Assembly: GCA_002269645.1 (NCBI GenBank)
Contig: NIVC01002912.1
Location: 1-41,710 of the forward strand
Source of the DNA: Macrostomum lignano
Taxonomy: Eukaryota
Length of the DNA: 41,710 bases
Direction of reading: 5' to 3'
In this document: piece after piece, positions 21,890 through 35,645 of the stretch
Position numbering within the stretch: the first letter of the stretch is position 1
How the letters are laid out: every line of letters begins with the position of its first letter
Translations under genes and position numbers: made by a program
The notes under the pieces: generated by a model
Databases searched by the model: none
The model's input: only the letters and a program-made list of their open reading frames with translations
What the model was told of the DNA's origin: nothing

Positions 21890-23718
21890 AGATCCCAGAT
21901 CCTAGATCCCAGATCCTAGATCCCAGATCCTAGATCCCAGATCCTAGATCCCAGATCCTAGATCCCAGATCCTAGATCCCAGATCCTAGATCCCAGATCC
22001 TAGATCCCAGATCCTAGATCCCAGATCCTAGATCCCAGATCCTAGATCCCAGATCCTAGATCCCAGATCCTAGATCCCAGATCCTAGATCCCAGATCCTA
22101 GATCCCAGATCCTAGATCCCAGATCCTAGATCCCAGATCCTAGATCCCAGATCCTAGATCCCAGATCCTAGATCCCAGATCCTAGATCCCAGATCCTAGA
22201 TCCCAGATCCTAGATCCCAGATCCTAGATCCCAGATCCTAGATCCCAGATCCTAGATCCCAGATCCTAGATCCCAGATCCTAGATCCCAGATCCTAGATC
22301 CCAGATCCTAGATCCCAGATCCTAGATCCCAGATCCTAGATCCCAGATCCTAGATCCCAGATCCTAGATCCCAGATCCTAGATCCCAGATCCTAGATCCC
22401 AGATCCTAGATCCCAGATCCTAGATCCCAGATCCTAGATCCCAGATCCTAGATCCCAGATCCTAGATCCCAGATCCTAGATCCCAGATCCTAGATCCCAG
22501 ATCCTAGATCCCAGATCCTAGATCCCAGATCCTAGATCCCAGATCCTAGATCCCAGATCCTAGATCCCAGATCCTAGATCCCAGATCCTAGATCCCAGAT
22601 CCTAGATCCCAGATCCTAGATCCCAGATCCTAGATCCCAGATCCTAGATCCCAGATCCTAGATCCCAGATCCTAGATCCCAGATCCTAGATCCCAGATCC
22701 TAGATCCCAGATCCTAGATCCCAGATCCTAGATCCCAGATCCTAGATCCCAGATCCTAGATCCCAGATCCTAGATCCCAGATCCTAGATCCCAGATCCTA
22801 GATCCCAGATCCTAGATCCCAGATCCTAGATCCCAGATCCTAGATCCCAGATCCTAGATCCCAGATCCTAGATCCCAGATCCTAGATCCCAGATCCTAGA
22901 TCCCAGATCCTAGATCCCAGATCCTAGATCCCAGATCCTAGATCCCAGATCCTAGATCCCAGATCCTAGATCCCAGATCCTAGATCCCAGATCCTAGATC
23001 CCAGATCCTAGATCCCAGATCCTAGATCCCAGATCCTAGATCCCAGATCCTAGATCCCAGATCCTAGATCCCAGATCCTAGATCCCAGATCCTAGATCCC
23101 AGATCCTAGATCCCAGATCCTAGATCCCAGATCCTAGATCCCAGATCCTAGATCCCAGATCCTAGATCCCAGATCCTAGATCCCAGATCCTAGATCCCAG
23201 ATCCTAGATCCCAGATCCTAGATCCCAGATCCTAGATCCCAGATCCTAGATCCCAGATCCTAGATCCCAGATCCTAGATCCCAGATCCTAGATCCCAGAT
23301 CCTAGATCCCAGATCCTAGATCCCAGATCCTAGATCCCAGATCCTAGATCCCAGATCCTAGATCCCAGATCCTAGATCCCAGATCCTAGATCCCAGATCC
23401 TAGATCCCAGATCCTAGATCCCAGATCCTAGATCCCAGATCCTAGATCCCAGATCCTAGATCCCAGATCCTAGATCCCAGATCCTAGATCCCAGATCCTA
23501 GATCCCAGATCCTAGATCCCAGATCCTAGATCCCAGATCCTAGATCCCAGATCCTAGATCCCAGATCCTAGATCCCAGATCCTAGATCCCAGATCCTAGA
23601 TCCCAGATCCTAGATCCCAGATCCTAGATCCCAGATCCTAGATCCCAGATCCTAGATCCCAGATCCTAGATCCCAGATCCTAGATCCCAGATCCTAGATC
23701 CCAGATCCTAGATCCCAG
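21890..23718. repeat. Perfect 14 bp tandem array (AGATCCCAGATCCT)n, ~130 copies
   Basis: No variant unit seen across 1.83 kb. Confidence 0.98.
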
Positions 23719-23766
23719 TGCAGCAGCGGAGAATCCCAAAGCCGGTAGTCAATGCCAGCGACAGAC

Positions 23767-24166
23767 CTGGCCTAGTCAGCACCACGGCGCACAGCAGCGC
23801 GACTTCCCGTTCGGTGAGCTGCAGGCTGTCAAGCGCCCGCAGGTAGTCGCGCATTGAGGTGAGCAGCGTTGGCGACCAGACAAAGTCCAGCTCCTGCTGG
23901 CTGACCAGCAGGCCGCCCGGCAGCAGGAGGCGGCCAGCCTGGCAGGCGGCAAAACAGCGGGACAGCTGCATCAGCCAGATCTCCATGAACGAAGACTTAA
24001 TCAGAGTCAGCTGGTCGTCCTGGCTGAACTTGGCGAAGCCGGGCACTCGTTTGGCGAATTCTACAGTCTGCTCGATGCACGGCACAAGCAGGTGCGAGAG
24101 GGCCTGGTGCATGCCGAGCCTGTGCTCTTCGAGACCGTCCGGGCGGAGATCTCGGCCTTCAGCTGC
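23767..24166 (-). CDS. E78: E78-type nuclear receptor, LBD exon
   Basis: Signature EQTVEFAKRVPGFAKFSQDDQLTLIKSSFMEIW and LDSLQLTEREVALLCAVVLTRP. Acceptor CAG|GCA is phase 0; donor CCAG|GTCTGT is phase 1. Confidence 0.88.
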
Positions 24167-24221
24167 CTGTGTTTTTTATGCCATTTTTCTTTAGCGTTTT
24201 TCGTTATTTATTATTTATTAC

Positions 24222-25275
24222 TTAGGGGAAGACAGGAAGGGGAAGACAAAGAAGGAAGACAGAGAGGCGAAGACATGGAGGGAAGACAGGGAGGGGAAGA
24301 CAGGGAGGGGAAGACAAAGAAGGAAGACAGAGAGGCGAAGACATGGAGGGAAGACAGGGAGGGGAGACAGGGAGGGAAGACAGGGAGGGGAGACAGGGAG
24401 GGAAGACAGAAAGGGGAAGACAGGGAGGGAAGACAGGGAGGGAAAACAGAAGGGAAGATAGGGAAGGAAGACAGAGAGGGGAAGACAGGGAGGGGAGACA
24501 GGGAGGGAAGACAGAAAGGGGAAGACAGGGAGGGAAGACAGGGAGGGAAAACAGAAGGGAAGATAGGGAAGGAAGACAGAGAGGGGAAGACAGGGAGGGG
24601 AAGACAGGGAGGGAAGACAGGGAGGGGAAGACAAGGAGGGAAGACAGGGAGGGGAAGACAGGGAGGGGAGACAGGGAGGGAAGACAGAGAGGGGAAGACA
24701 GGGAGGGGAAGACAAAGAAGGAAGAAAGAGAGGCGAAGACATGGAGGGAAGACATGGAGGGAAGACAGGGAGGGAAGACAGGGAGGGGAGACAGGGAGGG
24801 AAGACAGGGAGGGGAGACAGGGAGGGAAGACAGGGAGGGAAGACAGGGAGGGGAGACAGGGAGGGAAGACAGGGAGGGAAGACAGGGAGGGAAGACAGGG
24901 AGGGAAGACAGGGAGGGAAGACAGGGAGGGAAGACAGAAAGGGGAAGACAGGGAGGGAAGACAGGGAGGGAAGACAGGGAGGGAAGACAGGGAGGGAAGA
25001 CAGGGAGGGAAGACAGGGAGGGAAGACAGGGAAGGGAAGACAGAAAGGGGAAAACAGGGAGGGAAGACAGGGAGGGAAGACAGGGAGGGAAGACAGGGAG
25101 GGAAGACAGAAATGGGAAGACAGGGAGGGAAGACAGGGAGGGAAAACAGGGAGGGAAGACAGGGAGGGAAGACAGGGAGGGAAGACAGGGAGGGAAGACA
25201 GGGAGGGAAGACAGGGAGGGAAGACAGGGAGGGAAGACAGGGAAGGGAAGACAGAAAGGGGAAAACAGGGAGGAA
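24222..25275. repeat. Purine-rich 13 bp minisatellite (GGGAAGACAGGGA)
   Basis: Tandem copies; the plus strand is almost entirely G/A. Confidence 0.96.
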
Positions 25276-25276
25276 A

Positions 25277-26320
25277 TATCCAGTCTGTGAACTGTCCAGT
25301 CTGTGAAATATCCAGTCTGTGAAATATCCAGTCTGTGAACTGTCCAGTCTGTGAAATATCCAGTCTGTGAAATATCCAGTCTGTGAACTGTCCAGTCTGT
25401 GAAATATCCAGTCTGTGAAATATCCAGTCTGTGAAATATCCAGTCTGTGAAATATCCAGTCTGTGAAATATCCAGTCTGTGAAATATCCAGTCTGTGAAA
25501 TATCCAGTCTGTGAAATATCCAGTCTGTGAAATATCCAGTCTGTGAAATATCCAGTCTGTGAAATATCCAGTCTGTGAAATATCCAGTCTGTGAACTGTC
25601 CAGTCTGTGAAATATCCAGTCTGTGAAATATCCAGTCTGTGAAATATCCAGTCTGTGAACTATCCAGTCTGTGAACTGTCCAGTCTGTGAAATATCCAGT
25701 CTGTGAAATATCCAGTCTGTGAAATATCCAGTCTGTGAAATATCCAGTCTGTGAAATATCCAGTCTGTGAACTGTCCAGTCTGTGAAATATCCAGTCTGT
25801 GAAATATCCAGTCTGTGAAATATCCAGTCTGTGAACTATCCAGTCTGTGAAATATCCAGTCTGTGAAATATCCAGTCTGTGAACTATCCAGTCTGTGAAA
25901 TATCCAGTCTGTGAACTGTCCAGTCTGTGAAATATCCAGTCTGTGAAATATCCAGTCTGTGAAATATCCAGTCTGTGAAATATCCAGTCTGTGAACTATC
26001 CAGTCTGTGAAATATCCAGTCTGTGAAATATCCAGTCTGTGAAATATCCAGTCTGTGAAATATCCAGTCTGTGAACTATCCAGTCTGTGAACTATCCAGT
26101 CTGTGAACTATCCAGTCTGTGAACTATCCAGTCTGTGAAATATCCAGTCTGTGAAATATCCAGTCTGTGAACTATCCAGTCTGTGAAATATCCAGTCTGT
26201 GAAATATCCAGTCTGTGAAATATCCAGTCTGTGAACTATCCAGTCTGTGAAATATCCAGTCTGTGAAATATCCAGTCTGTGAAATATCCAGTCTGTGAAC
26301 TATCCAGTCTGTGAACTATA
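25277..26320. repeat. 16 bp minisatellite (CTGTGAAATATCCAGT)
   Basis: About 65 copies with GAACTAT/GAACTGT variants. Confidence 0.97.
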
Positions 26321-26834
26321 GCTCAGAGTCGCTATAAAATTTTCTACGTGTCAGATGGCTGCGCCACCAGCCTTCCTTTAGCTAAAAATTTGAGCTGTCA
26401 ATTTTTGTGATTTAGCCGGCCGTGTCGACTGCTGCATAAGCCTGATGACTATTGAGGAGCCACATTGAAAAAAAATTGGCTCAAAACTCCCAGCACAGCA
26501 CTTGAGAATGGATAAATAGGCAGTAGCAGGTAGCAACAGGTGCCAACCTGAAGCCAAACAATGGCAGTAGCACCGAGTTGAGGGGAAGGAATTGGTGTTT
26601 GGGATAGAATTCTCCGTGCCAAATGGACCGATAATTCACTAGATGAGCAGTTCTCAGACAAAGAAATTTCAGTTGTTTAACAATACTATTTTGTAAGATT
26701 TTCTCCATAGGCGATGCTAAGTCCTTAACACTGTTTAATAAGAGTTCTCTCGCTAAGTTATGAAACTTGAAAACTTTTACCCCTTTTATTCATTTTTCTC
26801 TAACTTGTCAATGTTATCATGTTATCATTGTCAA

Positions 26835-28455
26835 TGCACACCTGAATATTCAGTGGGTCATGTAGGCAGGCTACCTACCTGCCTACTGCACACCTTAATA
26901 TTCAGTGGATCATATGGCTACCTACCTGCCTACTGCACACCTTAATATTCAGTGGATCATATGGCTACCTACCTGCCTACTGCACACCTTAATATTCAGT
27001 GGATCATATGGCTACCTACCTGCCTACTGCACACCTTAATATTCAGTGGATCATGTGGCTACCTACCTGCCTACTGCACACCTGAGTATTCAGTGGATCA
27101 TATGGCTACCTACCTGCCTACTGCACACCTTAATATTCAGTGGATCATGTGGCTACCTACCTGCCTACTGCACACCTGAGTATTCAGTGGATCATATGGT
27201 TACCTACCTGCCTACTGCACGCCTGAGTATTCAGTGGATCATGTGGTTACCTACCTGCCTACTGCACGCCTGAGTATTCAGTGGATCATGTGGCTACCTA
27301 CCTGCCTACTGCACACCTGAGTATTCAGTGGATCATATGGCTACCTACCTGCCTACTGCACGCCTGAGTATTCAGTGGATCATATGGTTACCTACCTGCC
27401 TACTGCACACCTGAGTATTCAGTGGATCATATGGCTACCTACCTGCCTACTGCACACCTTAATATTCAGTGGATCATGTGGTTACCTACCTGCCTACTGC
27501 ACACCTGAGTATTCAGTGGATCATATGGCTACCTACCTGCCTACTGCACACCTTAATATTCAGTGGATCATGTGGCTACCTACCTGCCTACTGCACACCT
27601 GAGTATTCAGTGGATCATGTGGTTACCTACCTGCCTACTGCACACCTGAGTATTCAGTGGATCATATGGCTACCTACCTGCCTACTGCACACCTTAATAT
27701 TCAGTGGATCATGTGGCTACCTACCTGCCTACTGCACACCTGAGTATTCAGTGGATCATATGGCTACCTACCTGCCTACTGCACACCTGAGTATTCAGTG
27801 GATCATGTGGCTACCTACCCACCTACTGCACACCTTAATATTCAGTGGATCATATGACTACCTACCTGCCTACTGCACACCTGAGTATTCAGTGGATCAT
27901 ATGGCTACCTACCTGCCTACTGCACGCCTGAGTATTCAGTGGATCATGTGGCTACCTACCTGCCTACTGCACACCTGAGTATTCAGTGGATCATATGGCT
28001 ACCTACCTGCCTACTGCACACCTTAATATTCAGTGGATCATATGGCTACCTACCCACCTACTGCACACCTTAATATTCAGTGGATCATATGGCTACCTAC
28101 CTGCCTACTGCACACCTGAATATTCAGTGGATCATGTGGTTACTTACCCACCTACTGCACACCTTAATATTCAGTGGATCATATGGCTACCTACCTGCCT
28201 ACTGCACACCTTAATATTCAGTGGATCATATGGCTACCTACCCACCTACTGCACGCCTTAATATTCAGTGGATCATATGGTTACCTACCCACCTACTGCA
28301 CACCTTAATATTCAGTGGATCATATGGCTACCTACCCACCTACTGCACACCTTAATATTCAGTGGATCATATGGCTACCTACCCACCTACTGCACACCTT
28401 AATATTCAGTGGATCATGTGGTTACCTACCCACCTACTGCACACCTGAATATTCA
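26835..28455. repeat. 47 bp minisatellite (CTACCTACCTGCCTACTGCACACCTTAATATTCAGTGGATCATATGG)
   Basis: About 34 copies with interspersed variant types; no spacers. Confidence 0.97.
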
Positions 28456-28884
28456 GACTAAATACCATAAACATTCAATGAACTGAATATCCACTAACCA
28501 GCTATTACCTGCTTAAACACTATAAAAATGCTAATAGATGACAAAGCATGAAGCTATATACCCGCCAATTGGCAGCATTTTAATGGGTGCAGTTTGCTAA
28601 AACTACCAAAAAACTGTCGTAAAAAAAGCTCGCAAGATGCGGGTTGGATTAATGAGAAGAGAAGAGGGGAAAGATGAGAACAGGACGGTTGATAGTTATA
28701 ACTGGTTCCCAACCCCATCCAATATCCATAAGCAAATATAGCAATTAAAATCGCCAATAAATACACAAGAGAGTCGTAATTCAGCAAAGTATTGTTGCCG
28801 CGACAACCGATTGTAAGCTGTCATAAAGCAGCCCTAATAACGGAATGCTTTCACAAAGTTAAAAGTTACTAATTTATAGTTTAT

Positions 28885-30105
28885 GAAATTTAGGGGTTTA
28901 TGAAGCTTAGAGGTTTGTGAAGTTTAGGGATTGTGAAGTTTATGGCTTGTGAAGTTTATGGCTTGTGAAGTTTAGGGGTTGTGAAGTTTAGGGGTTGTGA
29001 AGTTTATGGCTTGTGAAGTTTATGGTTTGTGAAGTTTATGGCTTGTGAAGTTTATGGCTTGTGAAGTTTATGGCTTGTGAAGTTTATGGCTTGTGAAGTT
29101 TATGGCTTGTGAAGTTTATGGCTTGTGAAGTTTAGGGGTTGTGAAGTTTAGGGGTTGTGAAGTTTATGGTTTGTGAAGTTTATGCCCTGTGAAGTTTATG
29201 CCCTGTGAAGTTTATGGTTTGTGAAGTTTATGGCTTGTGAAGTTTATGGCTTGTGAAGTTTATGGCTTGTGAAGTTTATGGATTGTGAAGTTTATGGCTT
29301 GTGAAGTTTATGGCTTGTGAAGTTTATGGCTTGTGAAGTTTATGGTTTGTGAATTTTATGGCTTGTGAAGTTTAGGGGTTGTGAAGTTTATGGCTTGTGA
29401 AGTTTATGGTTTGTGAATTTTATGGCTTGTGAAGTTTAGGGGTTGTGAAGTTTATGGTTTGTGAAGTTTATGGTTTGTGAAGTTTATGGCTTGTGAAGTT
29501 TATGGCTTGTGAAGTTTAGGGGTTGTGAAGTTTATGGTTTGTGAAGTTTATGGTTTGTGAAGTTTATGGTTTGTGAAGTTTATGGTTTGTGAAGTTTAGG
29601 GGTTGTGAAGTTTGGGGTTTGTGGAGTCTAGGGGTTGTGAAGTCTGGGGCTTGTGAAGGTTATGATTTGTGAAGTTTATGATTTGTGAAGTTTAGGGGTT
29701 GTGAAGTTTATGGTTTGTGAAGTTTATGGTTTGTGAAGTTTATGGTTTGTGAAGTTTAGGGGTTGTGAAGTTTATGGTTTGTGAAGTTTATGGTTTGTGA
29801 AGTTTATGGTTTGTGAAGTTTATGGTTTGTGAAGTTTATGGTTTGTGAAGTTTATGGCTTGTGAAGTTTATGGTTTGTGAAGTTTATGGCTTGTGAAGTT
29901 TAGGGGTTGTGAAGTTTAGGGGTTGTGAAGTTTATGGTTTGTGAAGTTTATGGTTTGTGAAGTTTATGGTTTGTGAAGTTTATGGTTTGTGAAGTTTATG
30001 GTTTGTGAAGTTTAGGGGTTGTGAAGTTTGGGGTTTGTGGAGTCTAGGGGTTGTGAAGTCTGGGGCTTGTGAAGGTTATGATTTGTGAAGTTTAGGGGTT
30101 GTGAA
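28885..30105. repeat. 16 bp minisatellite (TTGTGAAGTTTATGG[C/T])
   Basis: About 75 copies. Confidence 0.97.
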
Positions 30106-30330
30106 CCCCCAAAATCCAATAAAAATGTGTAGATATTAATTACCAGAATTTCTATTCCTCATGCTTGAACAGTATAGCTGACTCTATCCCCAATATTATT
30201 CCTTGTACGCATCTTGTATGCATAAACATATTCCATATCTGGTCTGGTACAGGATGATTAAGTCGTATTACTCAAACACATACACACGCACAAACTGGCG
30301 CCAAGGGCTGTTCTGTAGTGCTCGCATCAT

Positions 30331-30333
<3 letters not shown>

Positions 30334-30376
<43 letters not shown>
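30334..30376. repeat. (CAG)n microsatellite
   Basis: About 14 triplets. Confidence 0.9.
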
Positions 30377-30377
<1 letters not shown>

Positions 30378-30494
30378 TCACGAGGGGGGAGGGTCAGAGG
30401 GAGCGCGGCCACTTGCCAAAAGAGCGGGGGATGCATAATTAATTAGGTAGGGCGTGGGGGGAGTCAGCGAGAGAAAGGATGAGAGAACGATAGG

Positions 30495-30499
<5 letters not shown>

Positions 30500-30544
<45 letters not shown>

Positions 30545-30547
30545 TCT
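30500..30547. repeat. (CT)n microsatellite
   Basis: About 22 dinucleotides. Confidence 0.92.
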
Positions 30548-30962
30548 TTCATTTCTCACCATTATTTTTTTCTGAGCATCTGCAAAAGTAGAAGATGAAC
30601 AGAATTGGCTAAGACTGATTATCATTATGATTAGTTAGCCTAATAAGTATGGATATATTATATATTAATACTATACTACTGGAATAATACCATCCATGCT
30701 TATATGCGAAACTGAGATAAATGAGATGCGAGCCAATATTCTAAAGCCGCTAAATGCCCGATTTTCGAACCCGGCTGTGCGCGCAGCTACTGAGCTGCCA
30801 GTTCGGGAGAGAACGGAGCAGCCAGAAGAAGAGTTAATCAATGGGCTGGGTTGGGGAGGAATCCTCGTCCGCAACAGGTGGGGGACTGGGGGCATCGGGA
30901 CCGGGATCGCAGGTTAGGACTGGCGGCATCGGATTTAGGGTCAGTAATGATATGTAGAGCGA

Positions 30963-32840
30963 TCGGGATCAGGAATGGGATCTCGAGTCGGGATCAGGAA
31001 TGGGATCTCGAGTCGGGATTAGGAATGGGATCTGGAGTCGGGATCAGGAATGGGATCTGGGAGTCGGGATCTGGAATGGGATCTGGGAGTCGGGATCTGG
31101 AATGGGATCCGGAATGGGATCAAGAATGGGATCTGGAGTCGGGATCAGGAATGGGATCTGGAGTCGGGATCAGGAATGGGATCTGGAGTCGGGATCAGGA
31201 ATGAGATCTGGAGTCGGGATCAGGAATGGGATCTGGAGTCGGGATCAGGAATGGGATCTCGAGTCGGGATCAGGAATGGGATCTGAAGTCGGGATCTGGA
31301 ATGGGATCTGGGAGTCGGGATCTGGAATGGGATCTGGGAGTCGGGATCTGGAATGGGATCCGGAATGGGATCAAGAATGGGATCTGGAGTCGGGATCAGG
31401 AATGGGATCTGGAGTCGGGATCAGGAATGGGATCTGGAGTCGGGATCAGGAATGGGATCTGGAGTCGGGATCAGGAATGAGATCTGGAGTCGGGATCAGG
31501 AATGGGATCTGGAGTCGGGATCAGGAATGGGATCTGGAGTCGGGATCAGGAATGGGATCTGGAGTCGGGATCAGGAATGGGATCTGGGAGTCGGGATCTG
31601 GAATGGGATCCGGAATGGGATCAAGAATGGGATCTGGAGTCGGGATCAGGAATGGGATCTGGAGTCGGGATCAGGAATGGGATCTGGAGTCGGGATCAGG
31701 AATGGGATCTGGAGTCGGGATCAGGAATGAGATCTGGAGTCGGGATCAGGAATGGGATCTGGAGTCGGGATCAGGAATGGGATCTGGAGTCGGGATCAGG
31801 AATGGGATCTGGAGTCGGGATCTGGAATAAGATCTGGAGTCGGGATCAGGAATGGGATCAGGAGTCGGGATCAGGAATTGGATCTGGAGTCGGGATCAGG
31901 AATGGGATCTGGAATAGGATCTGGAGTCGGGATCAGGAATGAGATCTGGAGTCGGGATCAGGAATGGGATCTGGGGTCGGGATCAGGAATGGGATCTGGA
32001 GTCGGGATCAGGAATGGAATCTGGAGTCGGGATCAGGAATGGGATCTGGAGTCGGGATCAGGAATGGGATCTGGAGTCGGGATCAGGAATGAGATCTGGA
32101 GTCGGGATCAGGAATGGGATCTGGAGTCGGGATCAGGAATGGGATCTGGAGTCGGGATCAGGAATGGGATCAGGAGTCGGGATCAGGAATTGGATCTGGA
32201 GTCGGGATCAGGAATGGGATCTGGAATAGGATCTGGAGTCGGGATCAGGAATGAGATCTGGAGTCGGGATCAGGAATGGGATCTGGAGTCGGGATCAGGA
32301 ATGAGATCTGGAGTCGGGATCAGGAATGGGATCTGGAGTCGGGATCAGGAATGGGATCTGGAGTCGGGATCAGGAATGGGATCTGGAATAGGATCTGGAG
32401 TCGGGATCAGGAACGGGATCAGGAACGGGATCAGGAACGGGATCAGGAGTCGGGATCAGGAATTGGATCTGGAGTCGGGATCAGGAATGGGATCTGGAAT
32501 AGGATCTGGAGTCGGGATCAGGAATGGGATCTGGAGTCGGGATCTGGAATGGGATCTGGGAGTCGGGATCTGGAATGGGATCTGAAGTCGGGATCTGGAA
32601 TGGGATATGGGAGTCGGGATCTGGAATGGGATCTGGGAGTCGGGATCTGGAATGGGATCCGGAATGGGATCAAGAATGGGATCTGGAGTCGGGATCAGGA
32701 ATGGGATCTGGAGTCGGGATCAGGAATGGGATCTGGAGTCGGGATCAGGAATGGGATCTGGAGTCGGGATCAGGAATGGGATCTGGAGTCGGGATCAGGA
32801 ATGGGATCTGGAGTCGGGATCAGGAATGGGATCTGGAGTC
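30963..32840. repeat. 25 bp minisatellite (GGAGTCGGGATCAGGAATGGGATCT; a 13+12 dimer)
   Basis: About 75 copies with recurring higher-order variants. Confidence 0.97.
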
Positions 32841-33805
32841 TTCTATATATAACGCTGACGCAGTAATAAACCCAGCTGGCAAATCAGATCGGAGATCAGC
32901 ATTAGTCAGTCGGTTAGTCAAGCCGGCCACTACAACTTGCCCATAAGTGTTTAAAAAAGGCACACCGGGTTTACAATACGGATAATTGTTGGCCATACAG
33001 CTATCCTGATATATTGGGAGAACAAAGACTAATTTTCCGGGCTAACTACTATACAAAGAGCAGATCCAGCGCAGACATAATTTAGCAAGGGAATAAATTT
33101 ATGCTGGGGGGGGGGAGAGAAAGACCGCGGCGTCAGAAAAGCAGAAGAGAAAAGGTAAGAAAAAACTAAATAAGGCAAACTGAGCCACAGAACACCCACC
33201 ACCAGCAGCAGCTGCAGCAAAGGAGCGGGGGGCGGCATTGCCTTTTGTTAGCTAATTATAATATTATAATATTAATGAGCAATGATTACATAGGGGATCC
33301 AAGTTGGACACGTTGAGCTGGCACAGAACACTCAACTCTTTTTCATGCATAGATTATAGATGGATGGATTTTTTTCTCGATGAAGATGATAGAGTCTTGT
33401 TTGAAATGGGTTTTTTTAGATCCTAAACCTCCGACCTTCGACCCGCTGGCTAGAGACCGCAGATCACAGGTCAGAACGAGGCAGATAACAAAAGACTACA
33501 ATACGGCTAAAGAAGCATGGGCCCTTGAATTGCATGGCCTGCATCATTCATGCTCTTCTTAGCCTAGTTCGTGAAATCGCTATTCTCTGCGAAGGGCTTT
33601 TCACATCAGAATGAAGACAGAAAATGGAGTGCCCGCTTCACAGACTATAATATTGATAATATTAATAAGCATACTAATCAGTACTGCCGCTCCTGGGGCT
33701 GACCCCTGAGCACATGCAAGGTGTACAGCGGTCCTTTGACTTTCTAATCATCAGGCGTGTGCACTCTCTGTGACTTTTTGGCCCTCGGGAACGTGAATCG
33801 GAGGA

Positions 33806-35475
33806 CCTAGAATCTTCGCAAACTAGAATATTCACAAACTAGAGTCTTCACAAACTAGAATCTTCACAAACTAGAGTCTTCACAAACTAGAATCTTCACA
33901 AACCAGAATCTTTACAATCTAGAATCTTCACAATCTAGAATCTTCACAATCTAGAATCTTTACAAACTAGAATCTTCAAAAACTAGAGTCTTTACAAACT
34001 AGAGTCTTCACAAGCTAGAATCCTCACAAACTAGAGTCTTTACAAACTAGAATATTTACAAACTAGAGTCTTTACAAACTAGAATATTTACAAACTAGAA
34101 TATTTACAAACTAGAATATTTACAAACTAGAGTCTTCACAAACTAGAGTCTTTACAAACTAGAGTCTTCACAAGCTAGAATCCTCACAAACTAGAGTCTT
34201 TACAAACTAGAATATTTACAAACTAGAGTCTTTACAAACTAGAATATTTACAAACTAGAGTCTTCACAAACTAGAATCCTCACAAACTAGAGTCTTTACA
34301 AACTAGAATATTTACAAACTAGAGTCTTTACAAACTAGAATATTTACAAACTAGAATATTTACAAACTAGAATATTTACAAACTAGAATATTTACAAACT
34401 AGAGTCTTCACAAACTAGAATCTTCACAAACTAGAGTCTTCACAAACTAGAATCTTCACAAACTAGAGTCTTCACAAACTAGAATCTTCACAAACCAGAA
34501 TCTTCACAATCTAGAATCTTCACAATCTAGAATCTTCACCATCTAGAATCTTTACAAACTAGAATCTTCAAAAACTAGAGTCTTTACAAACTAGAGGCTT
34601 TACAAACTAGAGTCTTCACAAGCTAGAATCCTCACAAACTAGAGTCTTTACAAACTAGAATATTTACAAACTAGAGTCTTCACAAACTAGAATCTTCACA
34701 AACTAGAGTCTTCACAAACTAGAATCTTCACAAACTAGAGTCTTCACAAACTAGAATCTTCACAAACCAGAATCTTCACAATCTAGAATCTTCACAATCT
34801 AGAATCTTCACAATCTAGAATCTTTACAAACTAGAATCTTCAAAAACTAGAATCTTCAAAAACTAGAATCTTCACAAACTAGAGTCTTTACAAACTAGAA
34901 TCTTCAAAAACTAGAATCTTCACAAACTAGAGTCTTTACAAACTAGAGGCTTTACAAACTAGAGTCTTCACAAGCTAGAATCCTCACAAACCAGAATCTT
35001 TACAATCTAGAATCTTCACAATCTAGAATCTTCACAATCTAGAATCTTTACAAACTAGAGTCTTCACAAACTAGAATCTTCACAAACCAGAATCTTCACA
35101 AACCAGAATCTTTACAAGCTAGAGTCTTCACAAACTAGAATCTTCACAAACTAGAGTCTTTACAAACTAGAGGCTTTACAAACTAGAGTCTTCACAAGCT
35201 AGAATCCTCACAAACTAGAATATTTACAAACTAGAGTCTTCACAAACTAGAATCTTCACAAACTAGAGTCTTCACAAACTAGAATCTTCACAAACCAGAA
35301 TCTTTACAATCTAGAATCTTCACAATCTAGAATCTTTACAAACTAGAATCTTCAAAAACTAGAATCTTCACAAACTAGAGTCTTTACAAACTAGAGGCTT
35401 TACAAACTAGAGTCTTCACAAGCTAGAATCCTCACAAACTAGAATATTTACAAACTAGAGTCTTCACAAACTAGA
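33806..35475. repeat. 16 bp minisatellite (TTCACAAACTAGAATC)
   Basis: About 100 copies with higher-order blocks. Confidence 0.97.
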
Positions 35476-35483
35476 AATGATAC

Positions 35484-35645
35484 CAGGGGCGTAGCCAGGA
35501 ATTTCCTACGGGGGGATACACCAAGGTAAAAGTGCTATGACAGAGTCACATGGTAGCATGTATAGCAACATACGGCAACAAAAAAGTTTTGGTCAGGCTC
35601 TTTGGGGGGGATACATCCCCCCTATCCCCCCTCCCTACGCCCCTG
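35484..35645. mobile_element. hAT-type MITE, 162 bp
   Basis: 11 bp TIR CAGGGGCGTAG...CTACGCCCCTG; 8 bp TSD AATGATAC at 35476-35483 and 35646-35653. Confidence 0.88.

Noticed and set aside
26835-28455. 47 bp repeats as a CRISPR array
   Set aside because: Head-to-tail units with no unique spacers, a eukaryotic intron context, and no cas genes.
17769-28455. Homology between the two 47 bp-period repeats (promoter and intron)
   Set aside because: Only a short CAT(AT)GGC.ACC resemblance; the rest of the units does not align, so the shared period is likely coincidence.
30671-30917. GC-richer island in the large intron as an extra nuclear receptor exon
   Set aside because: No NR-like sequence, candidate frames hit stops quickly, and the flanking exons already join in frame.
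32840-33060. TCTATATATAA as a Helitron/Helentron 5' end right after the 25 bp array
   Set aside because: No matching 3' hairpin plus CTRR end or subterminal inverted repeat could be identified.
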